A stretch of 64,000 nucleotides of DNA, from IMG/VR virus record IMGVR_UViG_3300020421_003230, positions 1 through 64,000 of that record, one strand, 5' to 3'. This document shows, piece after piece, positions 9,657 to 18,486 of the stretch. The notes under the pieces are model-generated. The model saw only the letters and a list, made by a program, of their open reading frames with translations. It searched no databases and was not told the origin of the DNA. Position numbers and translations under genes: made by a program. The stretch is from a virus. Position 1 is the first letter of the stretch. Each line of letters opens with the position of its first letter.

Positions 9657-9941
9657 ATGAATCATTCATTTGAAAAGTACTTACTGATAGCTGATGCTAA
9701 GACCGGTCCATTGATTGGTAGTTACGAAGGCTTTATTAATGTACAAGAAGTTATTGATATTTTAGAAACGATATCTCAAAATCGAAATACTTCATATTTA
9801 TATAATGGTGAGTTGATTAAAGTTAAACTTACGATTAGTGAAATCAATACTATATTAAAATGTTGGGAAGACGGAAAATATAGTCCTGGTTTTAACAAAA
9901 TCAAAGTACTTGCTCATCAATTAGGAATCAGAAAAATATAA
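9657..9941 (+). CDS. Hypothetical protein
   Basis: ORF abutting the upstream stop. Confidence 0.6.
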   Translation: MNHSFEKYLLIADAKTGPLIGSYEGFINVQEVIDILETISQNRNTSYLYNGELIKVKLTISEINTILKCWEDGKYSPGFNKIKVLAHQLGIRKI

Positions 9942-9991
9942 ATAAGTAGAGGATAATAATTCTCTTGGTTGATTACAATAGGAGAATTATT

Positions 9992-10486
9992 ATGGGTAAG
10001 AAATTAGATGTTCGTGAATATCAATGCGAATTAATTAAAGTTTTAGATGGAGATACAATCGATTGTTATATTGATTTAGGTTTCAATTTAAAAACTAAAA
10101 AACGAGTTAGATACATGGGTATCGATACTTGGGAATCTCGTACAAGAGATTTAGATGAGAAGGCAAAAGGATTACTTGCTAAAGGTAGAAATAAGGAGTT
10201 ATTAGAACAAGGTGTTTTTAAACTTAAATCATTCGGAACTGGTAAGTTCGGAAGAGTACTCGGAGAAGTATTTGTTGCACCAGACTTTGTGGGTGAACAT
10301 ATCAACGAGTGTATTTCTAATCCTGATAGTGCTATTGACCTTAGTGTTGATGGATGGGTATCAGTTAATGATATCTTAATCGAAGAAGGTCATGCCTATG
10401 AGTATGGTGGTGGAAAGAAAAAGGATTTTAAAAATGAAGTCAAAGAAGAAAAAGCAAAACAAGAAAACGACCCAAAAGCTGTTTGA
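9992..10486 (+). CDS. Thermonuclease (SNase-like)
   Basis: KVLDGDTI, RVRYMGIDTWE and GKFGRVLG; start moved to the ATG with an AGGAG RBS. Confidence 0.9.
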   Translation: MGKKLDVREYQCELIKVLDGDTIDCYIDLGFNLKTKKRVRYMGIDTWESRTRDLDEKAKGLLAKGRNKELLEQGVFKLKSFGTGKFGRVLGEVFVAPDFVGEHINECISNPDSAIDLSVDGWVSVNDILIEEGHAYEYGGGKKKDFKNEVKEEKAKQENDPKAV

Positions 10487-10594
10487 GGTCGTAACAGAAC
10501 TACAGAAGAGTAAGGATGAGGTATATGATATAGTTTGTCCTTACGCTACTGAAACAACAACAATGAGTTATAACAAAATACAATGGAGTAGATA

Positions 10595-10873
10595 ATGAAT
10601 GATAATGTAAGATTTCTATATTTCAGTGCAGAATGGTGTGGGCCATGTAAGGCATTCAAACCAGCAGTTGAAAAATTAGAAGAAGCAGGATATCCTGTAT
10701 ACTTTGCGGATATCGATGAAGACCCTGTGTTAGCAGAATCACATCAGATTCGTGGAGTACCATCAATACTAATTGAACAAGATGGGAAGATAGTTGAGAG
10801 AATGGTTGGTGTACAAGACCCAATTACTTTAGCAGCTAAGTTCCAAATGTATAGTCCTATAGAAGAGGAGTAA
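10595..10873 (+). CDS. trxA: Thioredoxin
   Basis: AEWCGPCK active site; IRGVP cis-Pro loop. Confidence 0.93.
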   Translation: MNDNVRFLYFSAEWCGPCKAFKPAVEKLEEAGYPVYFADIDEDPVLAESHQIRGVPSILIEQDGKIVERMVGVQDPITLAAKFQMYSPIEEE

Positions 10874-10877
10874 TACA

Positions 10878-11057
10878 ATGATAAAGGTTCTGGTGGAACA
10901 TGACTTCCCTACAATAGAGGGAATGATTTACAAAGGAACAAAACTATCAGTAGATGAATCAGAGTTTAATTCTAAACAACATGATGAGAAAGTTAAAGGA
11001 TTAGATGGCATGGGTAAGATAGTTTGGGTTCCAAAAAAAATGTTAAAAAAAATGTAA
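10878..11057 (+). CDS. Hypothetical protein (59 aa)
   Basis: Below ORF-track cutoff: MIKVLVEHDFPT...KIVWVPKKMLKKM*; GAGGAG RBS. Confidence 0.65.
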   Translation: MIKVLVEHDFPTIEGMIYKGTKLSVDESEFNSKQHDEKVKGLDGMGKIVWVPKKMLKKM

Positions 11058-11192
11058 TTTTATAAGGTTTCTATATACTTATATATGTAGAATAAAATCT
11101 ATGCACTAATGTGATAGATTCTACAATAATTGTATTGCTCAAATGAGGATACAAGTTGAACGAAAAGTTAACTAACAACAAGGAGAAATAAA

Positions 11193-11666
11193 ATGACTAA
11201 GTTCGTTATTAATCACAAGGTTCCTGTAATAGGCAGGGACGAATTCTTAACCCCATTCGACAGAATGTTTGACCAATTAATCAATACTCAATTTCCTGAG
11301 ATTGAAAAGCAAGTTGGTGTTAAACCATTTCAAGGTACAGCATATCCAAAAGTAAATGTATATGAATACGATGACAAAGTTGGTGTTATTGCTGAGATAC
11401 CTGGATTAGATAAAAAAGATTTATCTATAGATGTAGAAGATGGTGTATTAACAATTGCTGGAAACAAACATGGGTTGTTTGATGATGAGGGTGCTAAAGT
11501 AATTCGTAAAGAATTAAAACAATCATCTTTTAAACGACAGTTCGAATTAGGGGATTTACTCAATGGTGATAAAGTAAAGGCTACATTTAAAGATGGTCTA
11601 CTTTCTATTGAGATACCAAAAATAGAACCAGAAAAACCAAAGAAGACTTCTGTCAAGATTTCCTAA
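11193..11666 (+). CDS. Small heat-shock protein (Hsp20/alpha-crystallin)
   Basis: YPKVNV, AEIPG, DGVLTI, FKRQF and ATFKDGLLSIEIPK motifs. Confidence 0.95.
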   Translation: MTKFVINHKVPVIGRDEFLTPFDRMFDQLINTQFPEIEKQVGVKPFQGTAYPKVNVYEYDDKVGVIAEIPGLDKKDLSIDVEDGVLTIAGNKHGLFDDEGAKVIRKELKQSSFKRQFELGDLLNGDKVKATFKDGLLSIEIPKIEPEKPKKTSVKIS

Positions 11667-11856
11667 ATTAGTCTCAGTAGGAAACGATAGATATGCCGTT
11701 CTCGGAACAGCAAAGGTTGATTCTGGTTATTCTCCCGAACAATTAAAACTCCAGTATGGATTAGCTGATACTGTTCTGAGGAACGGTGATGTCTATTATA
11801 TCTGCTATAAGATATTAGAAGCAGAGTTTGAAGAATTAGATAATCAAGAAACATAA
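11650..11856 (+). CDS. Hypothetical protein, possible CTG start
   Basis: Open frame SRFPKLVSVGNDRYAVLGT...YICYKILEAEFEELDNQET*, bounded upstream by TAG at 11623; no ATG/GTG/TTG available. Confidence 0.5.
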   Translation: MSRFPKLVSVGNDRYAVLGTAKVDSGYSPEQLKLQYGLADTVLRNGDVYYICYKILEAEFEELDNQET

Positions 11857-11863
11857 TAGAGTC

Positions 11864-12150
11864 GTGATTTCTTGTTACCACTTAGGTGGGTTGTTATTTT
11901 CGGAATGTGGTGAAAAGGATTCGGATAAGTGACCGAACGAAAGTCCCGATGAGATAGTGCTCATCAGTCCAAAGATAAGTTCCATTGGGGAACTTTAGGA
12001 TTTACAAAAAAGTCATCGGGAGATACCCTAACGAAATAGAAGAATGTTTCTATTTCATGATGAAAATAGGGATACTGTAAGTTAGGCTGGGTTGTAGACC
12101 AGAGATGCAGTATACCGCTGTAGTTTGATTTTTGATATAGCAATAATCAT
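11864..12150 (+). ncRNA. Unassigned structured RNA, about 290 nt
   Basis: No sizeable ORF; GC-richer than flanks; 5' and 3' ends pair; at least seven internal helices; terminator immediately after. Confidence 0.65.
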
Positions 12151-12152
12151 AG

Positions 12153-12176
12153 AATAGGAAATTAATTCCTATTTTT
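12153..12176 (+). terminator. Intrinsic terminator
   Basis: AATAGGAA-attaa-TTCCTATT followed by TTT. Confidence 0.6.
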
Positions 12177-12203
12177 ACACGCTCGGAGAGATACTTATTA
12201 TAT

Positions 12204-12740
12204 ATGGATGAATTAAAGTTATTACATCAAAAGAAAGTTCGGCAACAATTAAGATTTCTACAATTAGAATTAGAAGAAACAAAAGTAGTATATAATAGAT
12301 GTGTAGAAAAATTCAATAATGATTTCAGAAACTTTATGTTAGAGAATCCATCTGAATTCCAAAAGAATGAAAAGCATGTTCCAGAAGATGAGAACTTGAA
12401 GTTGGAAACAGATGTTGATGATGATACATTTAAAAAGGTATATCGAAAGGTTGCTGGTAAAACACATCCTGATAAAGGTGGAGATGGTGATGAGTTCAAG
12501 AAGGCCAACGAAGCTAATAAGAATAAAGATTTAGGTGCTCTCATGGAGATGGCAGATGATTTAGGAATAGAAGTTCCTATGGATGAAGAGATGTTAGGTA
12601 GCATGAGAAAACAAACTACGGCTATAGTTAAAACGGTTGAGAAGTTAAAGACCACTATGGCTTGGGCTTGGGTACATACACCTAAAGAACAGAAGAAAGA
12701 TTTAAAACAATATATTTTACATCAATTACAGATGTTGTAG
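12204..12740 (+). CDS. J-domain-like protein (DnaJ-type co-chaperone)
   Basis: FKKVYRKVAGKTHPDKGGDGDEFKKANEA, containing the HPD motif. Confidence 0.8.
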   Translation: MDELKLLHQKKVRQQLRFLQLELEETKVVYNRCVEKFNNDFRNFMLENPSEFQKNEKHVPEDENLKLETDVDDDTFKKVYRKVAGKTHPDKGGDGDEFKKANEANKNKDLGALMEMADDLGIEVPMDEEMLGSMRKQTTAIVKTVEKLKTTMAWAWVHTPKEQKKDLKQYILHQLQML

Positions 12741-12766
12741 ATATTTATATAATAATAGAGGTTAAT

Positions 12767-12955
12767 ATGAGAAACAGAAATAAGATATTAGATTTAATTG
12801 ATACAGTTGGTGAAGAGATAGATAGACTCTATTCTCGTATACCAGAGGATTTTAATGATGAAGCTAATCTTCAATTAAGAATGATTCGTGGAATTAAAAA
12901 ACAATTAGACCTGATACAGAACTTCGTTGAATTAGAAGACGACGGAATTCAATAA
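12767..12955 (+). CDS. Hypothetical helical protein
   Basis: ORF with GAGG RBS. Confidence 0.6.
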   Translation: MRNRNKILDLIDTVGEEIDRLYSRIPEDFNDEANLQLRMIRGIKKQLDLIQNFVELEDDGIQ

Positions 12956-12968
12956 CAGGAGAAGTTAA

Positions 12969-13895
12969 ATGGAACGCTCTGAGAATTTCCATATATACTT
13001 GGGAATTGCTGCGTTACTTATAGCTGGAAGTGCTGCATTCTTTTCAGTATTCGGTTTAAGTAAACTTTTTGCAGGAGCAGCATTTAGTGTAATCATCATG
13101 GCAGGTTCGTTAGAATTTGGTAAGTTGGTTACCGCCGCATTCGTATATCGTTATTGGGATAAGATTAATATATTCCAAAGAACTTATTTAATGACCGCAG
13201 TTGTAACATTAGTATTGATTACATCTGCTGGTATATTTGGTTATTTATCTAACGCCTATCAAGGTGCTACGGTTTCCTTTGAGAAACAAACTAATCAATT
13301 ACTCGCCTACGAGGATAGGTTAGAACAATTAGTAGAAGATAAATCATTTCTAAAAGAAGAGTTAGAAGTACAGGTAAATGATTTACCTGAAAACTACATA
13401 ACAGCAAAACGAAAACTAAGAGAAGAATATAATCCACGAATACAACAAGTTAATGATGAGATACTTAATGTCAAGGGTAGGATAGGTGATTTAAAAGTTG
13501 AGTTGGTTGAAACAGGAGTTGATGTTGGACCGGCAATCTATCTGGCAAGAGTATTCGGTACGGATGTAGATACAATTGTAAAGTTCTTTATCTTTATTCT
13601 TATCTTTGTGTTTGACCCATTAGCAGTAATGTTAGTGGTTGCATTTAATCAAGCACTTATACTTAGAGAAGAAAACGATAGTTCTAAAAAAGGTAATCAG
13701 GTAAACTTGATTACCAAGAAAGAAAAATCATGGTGGAAGTTTTGGGAAATGTATGGTGAAGATGAAAAAGAAAAAACTCAAACAGAACATTGGCAAGATA
13801 TATACAATGAACCAATTGATGTAGATGATTTACCAGAAATAGAAGATAAAACTTCTAAAAATAATATTGGTAGAGATGGAGTAAAACCTACATAA
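12969..13895 (+). CDS. Membrane protein with coiled coil (conserved in large myophages)
   Basis: Three N-terminal TM segments (MAGSLEFGKLV, TSAGIFGYLS), a coiled coil, then TM FVFDPLAV. Confidence 0.75.
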   Translation: MERSENFHIYLGIAALLIAGSAAFFSVFGLSKLFAGAAFSVIIMAGSLEFGKLVTAAFVYRYWDKINIFQRTYLMTAVVTLVLITSAGIFGYLSNAYQGATVSFEKQTNQLLAYEDRLEQLVEDKSFLKEELEVQVNDLPENYITAKRKLREEYNPRIQQVNDEILNVKGRIGDLKVELVETGVDVGPAIYLARVFGTDVDTIVKFFIFILIFVFDPLAVMLVVAFNQALILREENDSSKKGNQVNLITKKEKSWWKFWEMYGEDEKEKTQTEHWQDIYNEPIDVDDLPEIEDKTSKNNIGRDGVKPT

Positions 13896-13977
13896 TCAAA
13901 TTTTTCCGCTTTATATATTGTATTTATTAGTAAGAACCCAAGTTACAATTAACCAAACAAACATAGGGGATGTTACT

Positions 13978-14808
13978 ATGAGTAGAAAACAAAAAGTACA
14001 AACTATTACAAAGGTTGCAAGTAACCAAGAATGTCAAAACCATCGTCAAGCATTATCACAGATGAAACGAATCAGATGGAATTTCAAACCTAAATCAAGA
14101 AACCAACAATCCTTTTGGGATGGTATAGATTCTAATACTATTACATTTTGTGTTGGGCCTGCAGGATGTGGTAAAACATATGTTGCTACATATTGGGCAC
14201 TACAGAATCTTGTAAACAAGAACACAAATTATGATGGTATCATTATTACTAAACCAATGGTAGAAGTTGATGGTGAGAGAATTGGATATCTGCCTGGTGA
14301 TATTGATGAGAAAACCGAACCATTTATGCAATCTGTTTATTATAACATGGAACAGATTATTGGTAAATCAAGAATGGAAGTTCTGAGAAAAGCTGGTATA
14401 ATAAAAGTTATACCACTTGCATATATGAGAGGTTTAACATTACAGAATAAAATTGTAATGTTAGATGAAGCACAAAATTCAACACCATCACAAATTAAAA
14501 CTTTCTTAACGAGAATTGGAATGGGTTCTAAATATATCGTTAGTGGAGATTTACAACAAAGTGATTTAAGAACTAAATCTGATAATGGATTAGAAGATTC
14601 AATAAAAAGATTTACAGGTGTTTATGGATGTGGATTCTGTCAATTTGATTTACAAGATATTGTTCGACATCCAATCGTATCTGATTTATTACATCGATAC
14701 AATGATTTCGATATATCAGAAGATGTGGAGGCAGAAGTAACATTAAGTAAATGGTTAAAGAAACCTACTTATGAGATACCTAAGTTTGGATATTGGGAGA
14801 AAAATTAA
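13978..14808 (+). CDS. phoH: PhoH-like ATPase
   Basis: GPAGCGKT, GYLPGDI, AYMRGLT, DEAQN, GDLQQSD and DIVRH motifs. Confidence 0.95.
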   Translation: MSRKQKVQTITKVASNQECQNHRQALSQMKRIRWNFKPKSRNQQSFWDGIDSNTITFCVGPAGCGKTYVATYWALQNLVNKNTNYDGIIITKPMVEVDGERIGYLPGDIDEKTEPFMQSVYYNMEQIIGKSRMEVLRKAGIIKVIPLAYMRGLTLQNKIVMLDEAQNSTPSQIKTFLTRIGMGSKYIVSGDLQQSDLRTKSDNGLEDSIKRFTGVYGCGFCQFDLQDIVRHPIVSDLLHRYNDFDISEDVEAEVTLSKWLKKPTYEIPKFGYWEKN

Positions 14809-14811
14809 TTT

Positions 14812-14855
14812 AAAAAAAGACTTGACTTATATAGTATTTCTTTCGTACCTTTAGG
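14812..14855 (+). promoter_or_regulatory. Conserved early-type promoter, copy 4
   Basis: TTGACT (14822-14827), 18 bp spacer, TACCTT-TAGG. Confidence 0.78.
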
Positions 14856-14861
14856 TATATT

Positions 14862-15386
14862 ATGAAAGGAAATATTATGAATAAGAAAACCGTTATTTTT
14901 GACTTGGACGGGACTCTTGCTAACATTGATGTTAGGAGAGATAGGTCAGTAAAACCGAATGGTAAACTTAATTGGGATATCTTTGCATCTCCTGATTCTA
15001 TTCTTCATTGGGATACACCAAATGCTCCTGTAATTATGATGGCTCAGATGTTCCACCAACAAGGATTCAAGATTGTTATCTTTAGTGGTAGGAATGATAG
15101 AGGTTTCTTCGCGACCAAAGAATGGTTGAAGAAACACGATGTACCATTTGACCTTTTGGTTCTTAGACCCGATAAGTTCAAAGACCATTCATGGCCTATT
15201 GCCGATGGTAATCCAGCCACTTTCGATATGAGGTTTATGCCTGATGAAATCCTTAAGAAAAAAATGCTTGATACTTTCGTAGATATCAACGATGTATTTC
15301 TTGTGGTTGATGATAGGGATAAAGTTGTAAAGATGTGGAGAGATTTAGGTCTTAACACTTTCCAAGTGGCTCCTGGTGATTTCTAA
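14862..15386 (+). CDS. HAD-family phosphatase (PseT/PNK 3'-phosphatase-like)
   Basis: IFDLDGTLA, FSGR and VDDRDKVVKMWRDLGL motifs. Confidence 0.88.
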   Translation: MKGNIMNKKTVIFDLDGTLANIDVRRDRSVKPNGKLNWDIFASPDSILHWDTPNAPVIMMAQMFHQQGFKIVIFSGRNDRGFFATKEWLKKHDVPFDLLVLRPDKFKDHSWPIADGNPATFDMRFMPDEILKKKMLDTFVDINDVFLVVDDRDKVVKMWRDLGLNTFQVAPGDF

Positions 15387-15896
15387 ATGAATTGTTCAGT
15401 ATGTGAAAATCGAATTGATAATCATCGAGCCCACTTGGGATTTACTGAGTGTACTGATTGTAGTGAAGTAGAAAAGTATTCTGCTCATGTTGTGTATCCA
15501 CATAAGACTGGTGCATTTGTACAACCTGTATCTAAAACTGCATCCAAGAATCTTAAGAAAATTGATAGAAGAAGTACAGGTGGAACTCGTACTGCCAAAG
15601 GTATTTATGTAGATAATAGTTGGGATAGATATCTAAAATCACTTGAGAATCCACCACCAGAAAAGAAGAAGTTTGTACCTAAAAAAGTTTCATATAATCA
15701 CAGGTCATATGAATTAGTTGCATGGACTTGTATAGATTATTATATAAATAATGGTTATGAACCAGCATTAGATTTTGTAAAAGAATTGTATAAAACTGAT
15801 AAAATTACTATGATGACTAAAACTCGTATCGTTAATGATATCACTAACTTACAGGTATTACCTCGTAGGATGAGAAAAAAAGTTTTAAAAAAATGA
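15387..15896 (+). CDS. Hypothetical protein with N-terminal C4 zinc finger (DksA/TraR-like spacing)
   Basis: CSVC...RAHLGFTECTDC. Confidence 0.65.
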   Translation: MNCSVCENRIDNHRAHLGFTECTDCSEVEKYSAHVVYPHKTGAFVQPVSKTASKNLKKIDRRSTGGTRTAKGIYVDNSWDRYLKSLENPPPEKKKFVPKKVSYNHRSYELVAWTCIDYYINNGYEPALDFVKELYKTDKITMMTKTRIVNDITNLQVLPRRMRKKVLKK

Positions 15897-15940
15897 AAAA
15901 AAGACTTGACTTATATATAAATTATTTCGTACCTTTAGGG
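15896..15940 (+). promoter_or_regulatory. Conserved early-type promoter, copy 5
   Basis: TTGACT (15906-15911), 18 bp spacer, TACCTT-TAGG. Confidence 0.78.
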
Positions 15941-15967
15941 GTAAATTAAATAAAGGAAAAAAACAAT

Positions 15968-16243
15968 ATGACATATGTATTTGAAAAAGAAACATCTATG
16001 GGAACCTTAGTGGTAGAATATGTTCTATCATCGGTTACTGAGATGGTAAAGGTTGTTGAGATGACACTCAATGGCGAGTTTCATAGGACTAATTGGATGA
16101 GTAAACAAGGCCAGTTAGAATTGAATGATGAGTTAGAGAGGGATTTATTAGATAGGGCTTGTAAGACTGGAATTCATTCACCTATGAGTGATGACGAGGA
16201 AAATTATTTAGTAGGTAAAATGGAGTTTGCATATGGGTTATAG
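15968..16243 (+). CDS. Hypothetical protein
   Basis: ORF directly after promoter; AAGGA RBS. Confidence 0.7.
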   Translation: MTYVFEKETSMGTLVVEYVLSSVTEMVKVVEMTLNGEFHRTNWMSKQGQLELNDELERDLLDRACKTGIHSPMSDDEENYLVGKMEFAYGL

Positions 16244-16358
16244 TAATTTTCTAATGAGGAAAAAGATAAAATCGTTCTTTTATGGAGTAGGTGAATTCCT
16301 AACTTTATTGTGGATATTTTTTGTTTTTTACATTTTAATGATTATGGTTAATATTTAA
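16233..16358 (+). CDS. Small membrane peptide
   Basis: MGYSNFLMRKKIKSFFYGVGEFLTLLWIFFVFYILMIMVNI*; fills the gap. Confidence 0.4.
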   Translation: MGYSNFLMRKKIKSFFYGVGEFLTLLWIFFVFYILMIMVNI

Positions 16359-16362
16359 TAAC

Positions 16363-16632
16363 ATGGAACAATCTTTAATAGATTATATTATAGAAGTTTT
16401 CGATGGTGTGGTTATCGATGATTATGGTTGGGAACATTACACCATCAAGGGTAAGAAGTACGATATCAGATTTGACCCTTCAAGAATAGAGTGGGCATGT
16501 GATTGTCCCGCATTTGTATATCGTAGAAAGTTTAAAAGAAAGTATTGTAAACATATACTTGAAGTGCAAGATAAGAAACTTAAACAACGAGTGGCAACCA
16601 ACAGAGGCCGTGCTGGTGCCAGAGTGGTTTAA
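16363..16632 (+). CDS. SWIM zinc-finger protein
   Basis: WACDCPAF...YCKHI (CxC-xn-CxH). Confidence 0.8.
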   Translation: MEQSLIDYIIEVFDGVVIDDYGWEHYTIKGKKYDIRFDPSRIEWACDCPAFVYRRKFKRKYCKHILEVQDKKLKQRVATNRGRAGARVV

Positions 16633-16683
16633 TGGGGTGGATTGCAAATCCATTGTTCGTAGGTTCGAATCCTATCCAGCACT
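16610..16683 (+). tRNA. tRNA-Cys (GCA)
   Basis: Acceptor stem GTGCTGG/CCAGCAC, anticodon arm GTGGA-TTGCAAA-TCCAT, T-arm GTAGG-TTCGAAT-CCTAT, U discriminator; CCA not encoded. Confidence 0.92.
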
Positions 16684-16701
16684 CAAAATTTGGAGAGATG
16701 A

Positions 16702-16938
16702 ATGAAGATTGTAGACTTAGTTAATAAGTTAGAAGAGATAGAAAAAGAATCAAAAGGAAAAGCGAAAGAATTGTGTGGACTTTTGATTGATGATTTAATT
16801 GAATATGATTTAGAGATGTCTAAGTTTATGAGTAAGGTAAATCGAGATGTAATGAAATCGATGGACCGAGAAGATGAAAGTTTAATAGATTATTTAATTA
16901 GCCAAGGAATCCAAAGTGGTTCTATTGGGGAAGCGTAA
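16702..16938 (+). CDS. Hypothetical protein
   Basis: ORF with GGAG RBS. Confidence 0.65.
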   Translation: MKIVDLVNKLEEIEKESKGKAKELCGLLIDDLIEYDLEMSKFMSKVNRDVMKSMDREDESLIDYLISQGIQSGSIGEA

Positions 16939-16953
16939 TAAAGGAGAAGTTAC

Positions 16954-17415
16954 ATGGGTAAATTTGAAGATAATGGTGGTTACTTTATTGATGGTGTACC
17001 TTATATGGATTGTAAAATCACAGGCATACCAGTAAAGAATGTAAGTACTGATGCTACCTCTGTTATTGGAGATAAAGCATTGATGAGTAGGATGCATAAA
17101 ATGTTTCCTGAAACACTTGATAAGGCTATGGCTCAACCAAGAAAGAAAACAGGCAGGCCTGCTGGATGGCATTTCATGAATGAATTTGTAGATAAAGATG
17201 GTAATGTATTTCATAAGGGTAAAGAGCAACCTAAGTTAAAGGGTACACTTAAACCTACTAAGGTGAAACCACCTAAGAAGAAAAAGAAACGAAAAACTCG
17301 TGATGAGATACTTGTTGCGAAACATAAAGAAAAGTTAGCAGCTCAAAGAAAACAAAAACGAGAGTTGGCTAAAGAGTTGAAAAAACAAAAAGATTTTCTT
17401 AACCATAAAGTATAA
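16954..17415 (+). CDS. Hypothetical basic protein
   Basis: GRPAGWHFMNEFVDKDGNVFHKG core and Lys-rich tail; AAGGAG RBS. Confidence 0.75.
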   Translation: MGKFEDNGGYFIDGVPYMDCKITGIPVKNVSTDATSVIGDKALMSRMHKMFPETLDKAMAQPRKKTGRPAGWHFMNEFVDKDGNVFHKGKEQPKLKGTLKPTKVKPPKKKKKRKTRDEILVAKHKEKLAAQRKQKRELAKELKKQKDFLNHKV

Positions 17416-17423
17416 GGATACTA

Positions 17424-17549
17424 ATGAGTAAAAAAACAAAAGGTCAGTTTGACCATTACAAGACTTTCACTTTGAAAGATGGAACTAAATTTAAAGCAAA
17501 GGATGAATCCGATGCTAAACTATACAGAGAAAAGGTAGGTGAAAAATGA
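17424..17549 (+). CDS. Hypothetical protein (41 aa)
   Basis: MSKKTKGQFDHYKTFTLKDGTKFKAKDESDAKLYREKVGEK*; AAGGA RBS; ATGA overlap with next gene. Confidence 0.6.
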   Translation: MSKKTKGQFDHYKTFTLKDGTKFKAKDESDAKLYREKVGEK

Positions 17550-17752
17550 GCCAACAAGTTACAGGATTTGTTTATCCAATTCAAACTAAAGAGATGAGGA
17601 CAAACGATGAAGACCCAAGAGTAAGAGTATCAGATGTTATCAAAGGTGCTACACGACTTGAGGGAGAATCATATGAGGATTACAAACTTCGTATGAAAGT
17701 AGAAAACAAGATGACCAGAGATTATTTAAAAGGATATATAGTTGAGAGGTAG
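17546..17752 (+). CDS. Hypothetical protein
   Basis: RLEGESYEDYKLR motif; coupled ORF. Confidence 0.65.
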   Translation: MSQQVTGFVYPIQTKEMRTNDEDPRVRVSDVIKGATRLEGESYEDYKLRMKVENKMTRDYLKGYIVER

Positions 17753-17755
17753 TAA

Positions 17756-18355
17756 TTGAAAAAGGTTATAAATTGTCTTAAGGATTCCAATCCTTTAATT
17801 AATAAAAAACTAAGAGAGGTATCAGTTGAAGAAGGAAACAAGATTGCAACAGAATTATTTCAGATACTTAACCAAAGAAAAGACGGCATTGGGTTGGCAG
17901 CTAATCAAGTGGGAATTGATGCACAAGTGGCCGTGGTCAATGTTCGTAAACCTTTGGTTCTCATTAATCCAAAAGTTATCTCAAAGGAAAACAAAATAAG
18001 ATATTATGAGGGTTGTTTAAGTTTTCCAAAAAAAGGTGTACATACCGAAAGATACGAAACTATAGAAATCAGTACAGAACAAGAAGAAAGTAATTTAGTA
18101 TTTAGTGGGGCTGGTGATGGTAAGTATAAAGACTTATTAACATTAGAGGCAGTATGTATACAACATGAGATTGACCACTTAAATGGTTTGGTGTGTATGG
18201 ATAGGAAGATTGAAACAAGTTATAAACGAGCAGAACCTAAGATTGGTCGTAACGATAAAGTTACTATCAGAAAAGGTGATGAAACCAAAGTATTAAAATA
18301 TAAAAAAATAGAAAACTATATTAATCAAGGATGGGAGTTAGAATGGATGGATTGA
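17756..18355 (+). CDS. def: Peptide deformylase
   Basis: GIGLAANQVG, EGCLS and QHEIDHLNG motifs. Confidence 0.96.
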   Translation: MKKVINCLKDSNPLINKKLREVSVEEGNKIATELFQILNQRKDGIGLAANQVGIDAQVAVVNVRKPLVLINPKVISKENKIRYYEGCLSFPKKGVHTERYETIEISTEQEESNLVFSGAGDGKYKDLLTLEAVCIQHEIDHLNGLVCMDRKIETSYKRAEPKIGRNDKVTIRKGDETKVLKYKKIENYINQGWELEWMD

Positions 18356-18486
18356 TACATTTTATTAAACACTTGATTGGCTTATGTGGTGAACCACATC
18401 CAAGTATATTAATGGGTGGTGGAGTTTTACTAACATCAGTAAGTGTTTACATTAATCAGATAAGGAGAAAATATGCCAAGAGGTAG
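18343..18486 (+). CDS. Small membrane protein
   Basis: MDGLIHFIKHLIGLCGEPHPSILMGGGVLLTSVSVYINQIRRKYAKR*; GGGAG RBS. Confidence 0.6.
   Translation: MDGLIHFIKHLIGLCGEPHPSILMGGGVLLTSVSVYINQIRRKYAKR

Noticed and set aside
11940-11967. Hammerhead ribozyme (CTGATGAG on the minus strand)
   Set aside because: Stem II is not followed by the required GAAA core.
11935-12025. RNase P RNA call for the structured region
   Set aside because: GAAAGTCC resembles CR-I, but the 3' ACAGAAnnCGGCTTA/P4 partner is missing near the closing stem.
16499-16705. 68-aa + strand ORF
   Set aside because: It overlaps the SWIM gene out of frame and spans the tRNA-Cys.
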